From positions 7,700 to 71,699 of the forward strand of contig CAZJVE010000004.1 in NCBI GenBank assembly GCA_964549685.1: a stretch of 64,000 nucleotides of DNA, read 5' to 3'. A program made the position numbers and the translations under genes. Numbering within the stretch: the stretch's first letter is position 1; every line of letters begins with the position of its first letter. Below are positions 48,190 through 57,104 of the stretch, in pieces. The notes under the pieces were generated by a model. That model was given only the letters and a program-made list of their open reading frames with translations. It did no database searches and was not told the origin of the DNA. The DNA comes from an uncultured archaeon (GTDB taxonomy: Archaea; Altiarchaeota; Altiarchaeia; IMC4; QMZM01).

Positions 48190-49083
48190 TTACTTTCCGC
48201 CGATTTCGCCCCTATAATGTTCGGCAGCAACCTCAGGCGGCATCGTATTTATGACAATGCCCGTGCCGAACTCAAAGCCGGCAAACCTCGAGAGCCGGGG
48301 CAGCAGTTCAAGATGGAGATGTAAATCTTTCCCTTCTGGAGCATAATGGATAACGAAGTTATACGGCGGATAATTCAGCGAGGAATTCAGTGCGGATAAA
48401 ATCTTCTTCAGCGCCCCCGCAAAGGACTCTGTCTCTTTTTTATCCATCTCATCCAGGTTTCCAAGATGCCTCTTCGGCATCACCCATGCCTCGAACGGGA
48501 ACCTGGACGCAAATGGCGCAAATGCGGCAGTATATTTGTCCTCATAGACGAGCCTGTCGCTCTTAACCTCGTCCTTCCATGTCCTGCATAGGGGACAACC
48601 CTTACTTGAGGCTCTCACCTCGTTCCTAATCAGTGGTGGAACCATCGTAAGGCCAATAAGCTGCGTATGTGAATGGGGCAGGGAAGCCCCTCCCATCTTC
48701 CCGCTGTTCTTGAAGATTGAGACGTACTTCACTCCAGACTTCTTCTTGATTGCCCTCTGCCTTTCCGAATACATCTTAAGGACCTTGGCTATGTGCCCAA
48801 CGCTCAGGTCGCCAAGATGCTCCCCGTGATTCGGCGTCTCCACAACGACCTCGTGCCATTTCGTTGCTGGAAACTTGTTCGGAAAGGTCCGGATAATCCA
48901 CCTGCCCTTTTCCTCGACCCGTGCTATCTCCGAGGGAGTGGTATTCTCGTTCCCGGGGCAGAAGAAGCAGAGCTTCTCCTTAACCTTACCTGGCTTCTGC
49001 ACGAAGTGCTGGGGCCTCTTCCCCCGACCCTTTGCGATTATCACCCACCTGTCAAGGATGTAGTCCTTCCTCAGTTCGTTCAT
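48190..49083 (-). CDS. galT: Galactose-1-phosphate uridylyltransferase-like (GalT/HIT superfamily)
   Basis: CFFCPGNE and SLPHSHTQLIG (HxHxQ) motifs; 297 aa. Confidence 0.75.
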   Translation of the reverse strand: MNELRKDYILDRWVIIAKGRGKRPQHFVQKPGKVKEKLCFFCPGNENTTPSEIARVEEKGRWIIRTFPNKFPATKWHEVVVETPNHGEHLGDLSVGHIAKVLKMYSERQRAIKKKSGVKYVSIFKNSGKMGGASLPHSHTQLIGLTMVPPLIRNEVRASSKGCPLCRTWKDEVKSDRLVYEDKYTAAFAPFASRFPFEAWVMPKRHLGNLDEMDKKETESFAGALKKILSALNSSLNYPPYNFVIHYAPEGKDLHLHLELLPRLSRFAGFEFGTGIVINTMPPEVAAEHYRGEIGGK

Positions 49084-50093
49084 TTTATGACCTCTGTCTC
49101 AGTTGCAAGATTCTCGGCCTCTTTTTCATCGAGGCCGTCCCTCAGGACGGTGTACCTGTCCCTTATCGAACTGGCCATCACCAGCGCCTTTACTATGTCA
49201 TCGCCGGCAATCCCCAGCCCATCGGCATCCGTCGGAGCCCCTGCCCTCTTCAGAGCGTCCTTCACCCCCTCCCAGTCCGCTTCATGGAGGCGGGCCATCA
49301 TTATCGTTCCAACGCCGCACTGCTCCCCGTGCAATGCTTGTTTTTTACATATCGCATCCAGCGCATGGCTGAACTGATGCTCGGCCCCGGAACAGGGCCT
49401 TGACGAGCCGGCTATTCCGATGGCGACCCCGCTGCTGATAAGCGCCTCAACCAAGATGCTGACATCGTCCTTAATCTTATCCGCAGTTTTCATGACTATC
49501 TCGGCACTGAGCATTGACAGGGAGGCGGCATAATGCCCATAGTACTCGTCCTTCTCATCCCTGCCGAGCTTCCAGTCAAGAACAGCAGTATAGTTCGAGA
49601 TTGCATCCGCACAGCCAGAAGCAATCAGCCTTGGTGGAGAATTCCCTATTATCCTGGTGTCCGCTATAATGCAAACAGGGCTATGAACTCCGACCGAGTA
49701 GGGCTTTTGGCCCTTCAGGGAAACCCTGGGAGAAATAATGCCGTCATGAGATGCAGAGGTTGGTACGGAAAGGAAGGGAATTCCCGCATTATAGGCAAGA
49801 AATTTACCGGCATCTATGACGTGACCTCCCCCCACGCCGGCTATGTAGGAGACGCCATTCTTTATCATATCCAGGTTCTTCTCAACTACCTGCTTCGCAG
49901 AGCCCTCGATAATCAGGATTTCGGCGTCAAGCTCTTTGGCAACTGCTTCGCCTGCGACCTTCAGCGTATTTTCATCAGCAACAACAAGCGCACTGCCTCT
50001 GAGACCTAGTTCCTTAACAACATCGCCAGTCTTCTCAATAGCCCCCTTGCCTATAACGACTCTCCAGGGAAGCTCTATGTGCTTGACCGCCAT
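49080..50093 (-). CDS. egsA: sn-glycerol-1-phosphate dehydrogenase
   Basis: Iron-ADH-like fold, GVGGGHVIDAGKF, size 337 aa, archaeal context. IELPWRVVIGKGAIE resembles G1PDH N-termini. Confidence 0.75.
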   Translation of the reverse strand: MAVKHIELPWRVVIGKGAIEKTGDVVKELGLRGSALVVADENTLKVAGEAVAKELDAEILIIEGSAKQVVEKNLDMIKNGVSYIAGVGGGHVIDAGKFLAYNAGIPFLSVPTSASHDGIISPRVSLKGQKPYSVGVHSPVCIIADTRIIGNSPPRLIASGCADAISNYTAVLDWKLGRDEKDEYYGHYAASLSMLSAEIVMKTADKIKDDVSILVEALISSGVAIGIAGSSRPCSGAEHQFSHALDAICKKQALHGEQCGVGTIMMARLHEADWEGVKDALKRAGAPTDADGLGIAGDDIVKALVMASSIRDRYTVLRDGLDEKEAENLATETEVIK

Positions 50094-50135
50094 ATTACTT
50101 TAGAATATGGTTTTTCCTACGTTAAATAAACCCAT

Positions 50136-50432
50136 TCAGATTATGTTGACCGTCTGTGCGTGTTTTACACCGGATATCTCCATTACGCAATCCTCATCAA
50201 CAAACCCAAGCTCAACGGCCTTCTCAACCACCTCGTTGCCGATAAGATTTGCGATGGTGGCTTCGGCCATAAGCCCGGCCAATTCTTCGATATCTACAAG
50301 CATGTCCTCATAGAATCCCTCATCAACTTTCAGGCAGAATTCACCGTCCGTCAGAGTATTACCCAGAACCTCTTTGTCGCAGGCCGCAAGAAGAATATCA
50401 TCCTCCCTTCTGTGAATCTTGACGCATATCAT
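50136..50432 (-). CDS. DUF424-like small conserved archaeal protein
   Basis: The start is moved to the ATG at 50432, just after the aIF-2beta stop. MICVKIHRREDDILLAACDKEVLG... Confidence 0.55.
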   Translation of the reverse strand: MICVKIHRREDDILLAACDKEVLGNTLTDGEFCLKVDEGFYEDMLVDIEELAGLMAEATIANLIGNEVVEKAVELGFVDEDCVMEISGVKHAQTVNII

Positions 50433-50434
50433 CT

Positions 50435-50848
50435 CTACTTGATTTTCCTTAGTGGCCACCAGCCGCCGCATGCGGTGCACTTTATTATCCTCTCGCCGCT
50501 GAGCTCTGTAATCTTCGTGTCGGGTCGGCCGCATTCATGGCACAGTACGAACACCTTGGCGTAGTCCTCAATCTTCTTTGCTATCATGTTCTTCTTCAGG
50601 ACCCTCTGCACTATGGCCCGCTTGCCGTCAAAGGTTGCGGGAGCAGCAAGCTCTTTCGAGAGAAACGTCAATAAATGTTGCGGCTTTCTTCTAAGAACGT
50701 CAACAATCTCATTAAAGTTGGTTATTATGGTCTGGTTGCCCTCAATCAGAGTATCAAGCTCGGGCATCTGGAACCTTGAGTGGTTCTGGAGCTCCTCCGG
50801 GAGGTTCGCCCATGCCCTGTCCAATAAGCTCGCGTAGTCGTAATTCAT
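50435..50848 (-). CDS. eif2b: Translation initiation factor aIF-2 beta subunit
   Basis: YDYASLLDRAW, LLTFLSKELAAPATFDG and the C-terminal zinc ribbon CHECGRPDT...CTACG. Confidence 0.9.
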   Translation of the reverse strand: MNYDYASLLDRAWANLPEELQNHSRFQMPELDTLIEGNQTIITNFNEIVDVLRRKPQHLLTFLSKELAAPATFDGKRAIVQRVLKKNMIAKKIEDYAKVFVLCHECGRPDTKITELSGERIIKCTACGGWWPLRKIK

Positions 50849-51336
50849 TCGCCTTCGGATTCCTCATCCTCGAGAGTGGCCTGTGTCGTTGGCGGTCCGG
50901 GATAGGTGATGAATTTCCTGTCGACGTCCCTTATCAGCGAGTCGCAGTCCTGCTTTATTTTCTCAAGGGTTGCCACTATTCTATGCCTCTCCCCCTCCAC
51001 GTCGTCTATCATCTCGAAGGGCTCGATGGCAGTCTTGAAATCGTCGGTTTCAACCATCGTATACTCGGAGCGGTTCATGATGTTGGATATCTTCCTGCAG
51101 ACCTTCTCCAGCCACAGGTTCATCTCCACCTTCACCCTGCTCCGAATCATCTTGTCGTTGTCGAGCTCCTCTTTCATAATCCTCACAACCGGAGCCATCG
51201 CAAAGGCGAACTCTCGCCCCCCTGTCTCTTCCATTCCCTCCATGGATTCGTCTTCCGCTCCCTCCACAGGTTCCTCTTTTGCTGCTTCCACAGCGTCTTC
51301 CTCTTCCTTCTCAGTAGGTTCTTTTTCTTCTGTCAT
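50845..51336 (-). CDS. Histone-fold-like protein with an acidic N-terminal tail and a C-terminal extension
   Basis: The core APVVRIMKEELDNDKMIRSRVKVEMNLWLEKVCRKISNIMNRSEYTMVETDDFKTAIE fits a helix-loop-long helix-loop-helix histone-fold pattern. The N-terminal 40 aa are E/D-rich. Confidence 0.45.
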   Translation of the reverse strand: MTEEKEPTEKEEEDAVEAAKEEPVEGAEDESMEGMEETGGREFAFAMAPVVRIMKEELDNDKMIRSRVKVEMNLWLEKVCRKISNIMNRSEYTMVETDDFKTAIEPFEMIDDVEGERHRIVATLEKIKQDCDSLIRDVDRKFITYPGPPTTQATLEDEESEGE

Positions 51337-51530
51337 TTTGCTGTCATAACTTAAGATTCAGCGCTAAAAAGCCGCCCTTTTAAGTTTTTAATAGAGTATA
51401 TTATCTACCCGTTATGGCAGTTCTCACGTTCGAATTCGCCGGGGAATTCTCCTGGAAATTCAAGTGTCATCGAGCCTGTTCTAAGACTAGGGCGAAGATG
51501 GCACCCGCGTGTGAACGGAGCGAGCCGTTC

Positions 51531-51604
51531 GCAGGGGTGGTCTAGCCTGGTAAGGCAGTCGGCTGCAAACCGACGTATCGAGGGTTCAAATCCCTCCCCC
51601 TGCT
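51531..51604 (+). tRNA. tRNA-Cys (anticodon GCA)
   Basis: I folded the cloverleaf by hand. The 7-bp acceptor stem GCAGGGG/CCCCTGC is fully paired. D stem GTCT/AGGC has one G-U pair. Anticodon stem GTCGG/CCGAC with loop CTGCAAA. T arm GAGGG-TTCAAAT-CCCTC. The discriminator is U, as expected for tRNA-Cys. No CCA is encoded. Confidence 0.92.
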
Positions 51605-51640
51605 TCCTTGATTTCTCTCAAAAACCCGATTTCTGCAAAT

Positions 51641-51649
51641 ATTTATACT
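51641..51649 (+). promoter_or_regulatory. TATA-box-like element ATTTATACT upstream of the pilus platform genes
   Basis: aaatatttatacttcc lies 55 nt before the ATG at 51704. The same core occurs upstream of the pilin genes. Confidence 0.5.
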
Positions 51650-51703
51650 TCCGCGTGAAATTTCTTATTGTTACTTAGCAAGTAAATTGCCGCAACCCGA
51701 AAG

Positions 51704-52573
51704 ATGCCTTCACTCTTCGAATCTAACCAGCTCCTGAAATCATCGGAGCCGCTCAAACCCGCTGCCCACCAGCTCTCTCTGATGTTCCCCCAGCTTGAAT
51801 GGGACCTCAAGAAAGCCGGCTACACAATCGATGTCGGGCAGTTCCTCTCCATCGTGATATTCTCGACGCTCGCCGTCTTCTTCATCGCCATGTCCTTCAC
51901 AAGCACGTCGCTCGTTATAGCCCAGGGGATAGTTGGCTCATATGGCGCGCTTGGCATATCGCTCGTCGCCTCCGCCCTTACCTTCTCCTATCTCATGTTC
52001 GTTCCGAGATTCAAGATTCTAAGCAGGGGAAAACTGGTTGATAAGCACTTGGAGTATATGCTGAAGGACATGCAGATTCAGCTAACTGCAGGGATTCCCA
52101 TATTCGACGCAATGGCGAACGTGGCAAAGGGAGGCTATGGTGAATGCTCAGTGGTAATGAACGAGATAGTTCAGGAGGTCCAGTCGGGAGAGTCAATGAC
52201 GTCCGCGCTTGATAATTACGGTATGCTGTCCCCGTCGGAATACCTGAGGAGGGTTTTCTGGCAGATAGTGAATGCCGTAAAGACGGGATCCGATGTTACT
52301 CTTGCATTGAAGGCAATATCCAGCGACCTTAGGATGGAGAAGGAGAACAAGATAAAGATGTACGGCCAGGAGCTTAACCTGTGGGGGCTCATATACATGA
52401 TGGCCGTCGTTGTTGCTCCATCAATGGGAGTAACCCTTTTGGTTATTCTGTCCAGCTTTATTGGAAGCACCCAGATTAATGAACGGCTGTTCTGGATAAT
52501 CCTCTTCGGACTCGTCCTTTTCCAGATAGTATTAATATCAATCATAAGGAACAAGAGACCGGATGTCGGCTAA
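51704..52573 (+). CDS. Type II secretion system F-domain membrane protein (FlaJ/TadC/PilC-like platform, N-terminal half)
   Basis: QLTAGIPIFDAMANVAKGGYGECSVVMNEIVQEVQSGESMTSALDN is a T2SSF-domain signature. Multiple TM helices. Confidence 0.75.
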   Translation: MPSLFESNQLLKSSEPLKPAAHQLSLMFPQLEWDLKKAGYTIDVGQFLSIVIFSTLAVFFIAMSFTSTSLVIAQGIVGSYGALGISLVASALTFSYLMFVPRFKILSRGKLVDKHLEYMLKDMQIQLTAGIPIFDAMANVAKGGYGECSVVMNEIVQEVQSGESMTSALDNYGMLSPSEYLRRVFWQIVNAVKTGSDVTLALKAISSDLRMEKENKIKMYGQELNLWGLIYMMAVVVAPSMGVTLLVILSSFIGSTQINERLFWIILFGLVLFQIVLISIIRNKRPDVG

Positions 52574-53765
52574 AATGGCGGAACCACCTGAAGAAAAACC
52601 GAGGCCGAAGGGCCCAGGGGGGATAATAGCGCATTTGATACTTGACGTAATCGTAGGCAATCTGATAAAGGCCATCTCCCACCTATTCATAGCCATCGGA
52701 AATATTGCGATACGGATTGTTACTCTCATAGTCGCCATGATGCGGCCGATTGCTAGGTTCTTCACCAATTTCATCACCTCTCTCCATGAAAGACTTGGCT
52801 CGTATTTCCCTACCGACGTTAGGGGGAAGCTGGAGCAGAACATAATATATGCGGGTGTTCCCAGGAATCCCGAGGAAACGCTGGGCACTACACTGATGTA
52901 TTCTATGATTCTGCCATTACTAACTGCAGCACTAGCGATTACACTGGGCGCGTCACTGCTCATTATCCTAGCCACAATTGTCGTCTCGTTCTTTGTAGTA
53001 TGGACCACGATGTACGTCCTCCTAACGCTGCTGATAGAGAGGAGGACGGAGAGCATAGAGAACGTACTGCCGGACGTCTTGTCCATGATAAGTCAGAACA
53101 TGATTGCAGGGATGACGCCATACAATGCCCTATGGACTGCTGCAAGGCCGGAGTTCGGACCGCTAGCTCTTGAGATTCAGAAGGTTGCAAGGGACACTCT
53201 CGCAGGGGTTTCGCTCGAGGAAGCGCTCCTGGACATGGCTTTCAGGGTAAAGTCCACGAAGCTGGACAGGGCCGTGAAGCTGATGATTCAGGGAATGAAG
53301 TCCGGAGGCGAGCTCCCAACGGTCCTGCAGGAGATTGCAACGGACATAAGAACCGAGCAGAACCTGATGAATAGAATGCGCGCTGAAACGGCGGCACAGG
53401 CAATGTTCATAGTGTTTGCAATCCTGGTCGGCGCCCCCCTCTTGTTTGCTTCGTCGATACAGTTCATAACCATATTCTCAAAGATTTACGGCAGGATAGA
53501 CTCCAACGTCCTGTCGCAGCAGGCGCAGTCCGGCCTGATGACACTCACGGGACTTTCAATCACCCCTGACTTCTATTTTATGTATGCCGTAATAACCCTG
53601 GCAGTATCCGCCTTCTTTGCATCGCTCCTTGTCGGTCTAATCAGGACAGGAAAGATAAGCTCCGGCATGTCGTCCATCCCCATCCTGATAGCACTTGCGG
53701 TAGGAATCTTCATTGGCCTGAACTACGGCCTTGGTTCGTTCTTCCAGGGAATGATATCCATGTGA
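52563..53765 (+). CDS. Type II secretion system F-domain membrane protein (FlaJ/TadC/PilC-like platform, second half)
   Basis: NMIAGMTPYNALWTAARPEFGPLALEIQKVARDTLAGVSLEEALLDMA...MIQGMKSGGELPTVLQEIA. Overlaps the upstream gene by 11 nt. Confidence 0.75.
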   Translation: MSAKMAEPPEEKPRPKGPGGIIAHLILDVIVGNLIKAISHLFIAIGNIAIRIVTLIVAMMRPIARFFTNFITSLHERLGSYFPTDVRGKLEQNIIYAGVPRNPEETLGTTLMYSMILPLLTAALAITLGASLLIILATIVVSFFVVWTTMYVLLTLLIERRTESIENVLPDVLSMISQNMIAGMTPYNALWTAARPEFGPLALEIQKVARDTLAGVSLEEALLDMAFRVKSTKLDRAVKLMIQGMKSGGELPTVLQEIATDIRTEQNLMNRMRAETAAQAMFIVFAILVGAPLLFASSIQFITIFSKIYGRIDSNVLSQQAQSGLMTLTGLSITPDFYFMYAVITLAVSAFFASLLVGLIRTGKISSGMSSIPILIALAVGIFIGLNYGLGSFFQGMISM

Positions 53766-53773
53766 CGGGGTCC

Positions 53774-54505
53774 CTATTTTGCATACCTCAGGATTACATC
53801 CCCCATCCTCTTAATCTCCTCATCAGAAAAACGGGTTTCTGACTCCACCTGGGATATGAAGTCGGAAAGCTCCTCGACCCTGAGTACGTTTACGGTGGGT
53901 TTCTTGATAATCAGGTCGGCGTTCTCGTTCGTGAATACGACAATTACATTGACCCAGATGTGCGGGTCCCTTCCCTTGAAAATCTCATCCTTGCGCTCAA
54001 GGATGAAATCCTTCAGCACCTTTGCGTTTCTCTTCACCTGGTTGCTGGGGCTCCCTATCCAGAGCTTATACGGCTTCCCTCGTTTACTCACCTTCTGCCT
54101 GCTCCATGAGTCCCCCTCGCATTTTATCTCCCCGCCGTAGTTCTTGGATTCGATGACGAAGATGCCGTTGGGCCCGAGAGTGATGTGGTCCGTATCGCCT
54201 CTGTTCGGAGGGATAACGACTCCATCAATCTGATAGTAGTAGTCGCTCAGGTCACTCAGACTCCTACTTACTACGTCCTCTCCCCTGATACCGCTGCCCC
54301 ACGTCATATACTTGCTGTAGCTGTAAATGCCGAACACATAGGCGAGGGGAATCAGAATTATCCCGACCGATGAATAGGGATACTGGTCCATGATAAAGAG
54401 CGCAGTGGCAAAAACAAACAGTGCTGAGAAAAGCAGGAGCCTGCTCCTCGTTAGCTGGATGTTCCTCCACAGGTAGAGATCTATCCCTTTTTTAAGAATC
54501 TGCAT
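53774..54505 (-). CDS. NERD-domain protein with N-terminal TM helices
   Basis: GEDVVSRSL...GDTDHITLGPNGIFVIESKNYGGEI matches the NERD nuclease-related domain pattern. Two N-terminal hydrophobic helices. Confidence 0.7.
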   Translation of the reverse strand: MQILKKGIDLYLWRNIQLTRSRLLLFSALFVFATALFIMDQYPYSSVGIILIPLAYVFGIYSYSKYMTWGSGIRGEDVVSRSLSDLSDYYYQIDGVVIPPNRGDTDHITLGPNGIFVIESKNYGGEIKCEGDSWSRQKVSKRGKPYKLWIGSPSNQVKRNAKVLKDFILERKDEIFKGRDPHIWVNVIVVFTNENADLIIKKPTVNVLRVEELSDFISQVESETRFSDEEIKRMGDVILRYAK

Positions 54506-54540
54506 AATTTATATTTATTGGTTATATTATAGAAAACACA

Positions 54541-55233
54541 ATGAAGGAGAATCCCTGGAGCAACTGGAGGCACATAACGAAGCTGGACCCGGACAAACCC
54601 CTGTCCGACGATGATGTACGGGCAGTGGCTGAGAGCGGGACCGATGCAATAATGATTTCCGGGACCCAGAACGTCACTCTAGAGGAGGTAAACCGCTTGG
54701 TTTCCCTGCTGAAGGACTACGAAATCCCAAAGGTCCTTGAGCCCTCCGGCCCGGAGCACGTAATCTATGAGGGAATTGACCATGTCTTTGTGCCATCTGT
54801 CATAAACGCCCAGGACCTGAACTGGGTCACTGGCAAGCACATTCACTGGATAAAGGACTCCGCCGTCGAATGGGAAAAGGTCGTTCCCGAGGCCTACATA
54901 GTCCTGAACCCCGACTCCGCCGTTGGCATGGTAACCAAATCAAAAACAGAGCTGGACACGGACGAAATCATAGCCTATGCGAAGCTGGCCGACCGCTACT
55001 TCGGATTCCCCATCTTTTACATCGAATACAGCGGCACCTATGGAAATCCCGATGTGGTGAAGGCAGTAAAGGAAAACCTGGAGAATTCAACCCTCTTCTA
55101 CGGCGGGGGCATAACCGACGGGGAAAAGGCCAGGGAGATGTCAGCGCACGCAGACACGATAATAGTCGGAAACGTCCTATATGAGCAGGGCATAGGAAAG
55201 CTAAAGGAAACAATAGATGCCATCAGGCGCTAG
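54541..55233 (+). CDS. Geranylgeranylglyceryl phosphate synthase (PcrB/GGGPS family)
   Basis: WRHITKLDPDK, GTDAIMISGT, EYSGTYG and LFYGGGI; 230 aa. Confidence 0.85.
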   Translation: MKENPWSNWRHITKLDPDKPLSDDDVRAVAESGTDAIMISGTQNVTLEEVNRLVSLLKDYEIPKVLEPSGPEHVIYEGIDHVFVPSVINAQDLNWVTGKHIHWIKDSAVEWEKVVPEAYIVLNPDSAVGMVTKSKTELDTDEIIAYAKLADRYFGFPIFYIEYSGTYGNPDVVKAVKENLENSTLFYGGGITDGEKAREMSAHADTIIVGNVLYEQGIGKLKETIDAIRR

Positions 55234-55240
55234 AAAAGGA

Positions 55241-55254
55241 AAGGTATTTATTTA
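55241..55254 (+). promoter_or_regulatory. TATA-like element aaggtatttattta upstream of pilin gene 1
   Basis: Shares AAGGTATTTAT with the promoters at 56861 and 57441. Confidence 0.45.
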
Positions 55255-55282
55255 AACAAGGGAAAATTAGATATGATACACG

Positions 55283-55747
55283 ATGAAATTATTGAGCAGA
55301 AAAGGACAGGGCGCTCTCGAATACATGCAGACTTATGGCTGGGCAATTCTTGTTGTCCTAGTTGTCGGCATAGTCCTCTGGCAATTCGGCGTTTTCGGCC
55401 AGCACAGCGGGGCGAACAGGGCAACCGGCCTTGGAAAAATCAAGGTCCTTGACCAGAGCATAAAGTACGATTCGACAGCAGACGAACTCACCTTTGACGT
55501 AATAAACGGCGAGAGCATGCACATACGTGTTCTGGGGAATAAAAGTGAGGGTGACTGTAACATCATAAACATTGATGATGTAGGGCTAGATGGCGGAGAA
55601 ACCGCCACAATAACCTGCACAAACTGCACGAATTTAGATGCCGGCGAGGCCTTCGACGTGTCTATAACAATCAATTACAGGATAAAGGTAGCCGCTGACA
55701 TAATCTACCGCAACGATACGGGTCGTATCACAGGCCTTGCAGAATAG
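55283..55747 (+). CDS. Archaeal type IV pilin-like protein (class III signal peptide), paralog 1
   Basis: MKLLSRKGQGALEYMQTYGWAILVVLVVGIVLWQ: basic residue, then G followed by Q with E at +5 and a hydrophobic helix. Downstream GDC...C..C..LDAGE.F motif. Confidence 0.85.
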   Translation: MKLLSRKGQGALEYMQTYGWAILVVLVVGIVLWQFGVFGQHSGANRATGLGKIKVLDQSIKYDSTADELTFDVINGESMHIRVLGNKSEGDCNIINIDDVGLDGGETATITCTNCTNLDAGEAFDVSITINYRIKVAADIIYRNDTGRITGLAE

Positions 55748-55752
55748 AGGAA

Positions 55753-56331
55753 ATGAAATTCCCGCGCGGAAAAGGGCAGGGTGCTCTTGAATATCTACAG
55801 ACCTACGCTTGGGCAATTCTCGTGGTTCTCATAGTAGGCGTTGTCCTCTGGCAGCTTGGCATATTTGGCCCGCACAGAGGCCCTAACACCTCGAGCGGCT
55901 TCGCAGCCATGAAGATTCTCAACCCCTCGATTACTTATAGAGAAACTACTGAGGACAACGCATTCAACTTCAGCTTCGTAAACGCCGTGGGAATTCGCGC
56001 GAGGAGCACATATGTTCTCAAGAACGTAAGTGGTGATTGCTCGGTCATACTGCTCGATTATTCTGAATTAACTCTATCCGAGGCTGTTTGCAACGCTCTT
56101 CCAGACCCGAATTATGGCGTATTCATACCCCCTGATACCTGTTGGGTAAACCAACCAGTATCCATCGAAGCAGGGGATACTGCCAAGCCAGTATATACGA
56201 GATGCAATTCCCTTGACGCAGGGGAAACATTTATTGTCTATATAACCTTCCAGTACAGTGAGAGGGTCGGTTCGGGAGAGCCAACGACCCGCCTGGACAG
56301 CGGCGTTATAATGGGCACCGTACAAGAATGA
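55753..56331 (+). CDS. Archaeal type IV pilin-like protein, paralog 2
   Basis: MKFPRGKGQGALEYLQTYAWAILVVLIVGVVLWQ; GDC...RCNSLDAGETF. Confidence 0.85.
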   Translation: MKFPRGKGQGALEYLQTYAWAILVVLIVGVVLWQLGIFGPHRGPNTSSGFAAMKILNPSITYRETTEDNAFNFSFVNAVGIRARSTYVLKNVSGDCSVILLDYSELTLSEAVCNALPDPNYGVFIPPDTCWVNQPVSIEAGDTAKPVYTRCNSLDAGETFIVYITFQYSERVGSGEPTTRLDSGVIMGTVQE

Positions 56332-56846
56332 CATCAAGCAACAAAGCACAGTCGGCTCTGGAATACCTGAATACCTATGGGTGGGCAATTCTCGTGGTTC
56401 TGGTTGTTGGCCTAGTTTTATGGCAGATGGGCATATTCGGCTCCCATGCTGATGTAAACAGGGCAGTTGGCTTCGGGAAGATAACGGTCCTGGAGCCGAC
56501 AATCAAGTATATGGAAAAATCAGGCACCCCTGAGCAGCAGGTAACGAATAATCTGAATTTCACCGTCGTTAATGCCGCTGGCACACACATCCATGGCCTT
56601 GGAATAGGAACAAACGGCGATTGCAATAGCAGTGTGCTTTCATGTAGCGGAGGCGTAACCCTCTCAAAAACCTCACTTGCGCCCGATGAAATCACGGAGA
56701 TTTCAAAAATATGCTGCAAAAATTGGGAGTCGGGGGACTTCTTCTGGGTCAATGTAACGTTTACATACTGGTACAGGGTTGCCGAAATGAAGGTAAATCG
56801 CACAGAGAGAGGTATTATTCAGGGGTTTGTGGAGGAGGAGACCTAA
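56328..56846 (+). CDS. Archaeal type IV pilin-like protein, paralog 3 (divergent signal: NKAQSALEY)
   Basis: MTSSNKAQSALEYLNTYGWAILVVLVVGLVLWQ. ATGA overlap with paralog 2. Confidence 0.8.
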   Translation: MTSSNKAQSALEYLNTYGWAILVVLVVGLVLWQMGIFGSHADVNRAVGFGKITVLEPTIKYMEKSGTPEQQVTNNLNFTVVNAAGTHIHGLGIGTNGDCNSSVLSCSGGVTLSKTSLAPDEITEISKICCKNWESGDFFWVNVTFTYWYRVAEMKVNRTERGIIQGFVEEET

Positions 56847-56860
56847 AGTCCAATAACAGC

Positions 56861-56874
56861 AAAGTATTTATACT
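56861..56874 (+). promoter_or_regulatory. TATA-like promoter element aaagtatttatact for pilin paralog 4
   Basis: Lies 50 nt before the ATG at 56924, which is preceded by the RBS-like gaggtgat at ~56910-56917. Confidence 0.5.
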
Positions 56875-56880
56875 ACCTCA

Positions 56881-57104
56881 ACCATCACTATAATACCCTA
56901 ATAAACAAATGAGGTGATATACAATGATTGGAAGAAAAGGACAGGGCGCTATGGAGTACCTGATGACCTATGGATGGGCAATCTTAGTAGTTATGATTGT
57001 CGGAGTCGTCCTATGGCAGCTGGGTATCTTCGGAGGCGGCCCAGGTGCAGTTAACACTGCAAGCGGATTTGGAAAAATTAAGCCGATGGAGCCGAGCATA
57101 AAGT
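56881..57104 (+). repeat. 224-nt segment 100% identical to 57461-57684 (promoter-proximal region, RBS and the first 60 codons of the pilin)
   Basis: Base-by-base comparison of the two copies at a constant offset of 580 nt. Confidence 0.9.

Noticed and set aside
48165-48230. Extended N-terminus (start 48230) of the FG-GAP paralog, overlapping the galT 3' end
   Set aside because: The signal peptide begins at the internal Met (48164 or 48155). The extension would bury it and create a 41-nt same-strand overlap.
50433-50534. Extended N-terminus (start 50534) of the DUF424-like ORF, overlapping aIF-2beta by 100 nt
   Set aside because: The extension is Arg-rich and lies in an alternative frame of the conserved aIF-2beta zinc ribbon. 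The internal ATG at 50432 starts right after the aIF-2beta stop.
51414-51545. ~43-codon ORF (MAVLTFEFAGEFSWKFKCH...) in the tRNA-Cys leader
   Set aside because: It runs into the tRNA gene itself, has no RBS or promoter spacing to support it, and is too short to evaluate.
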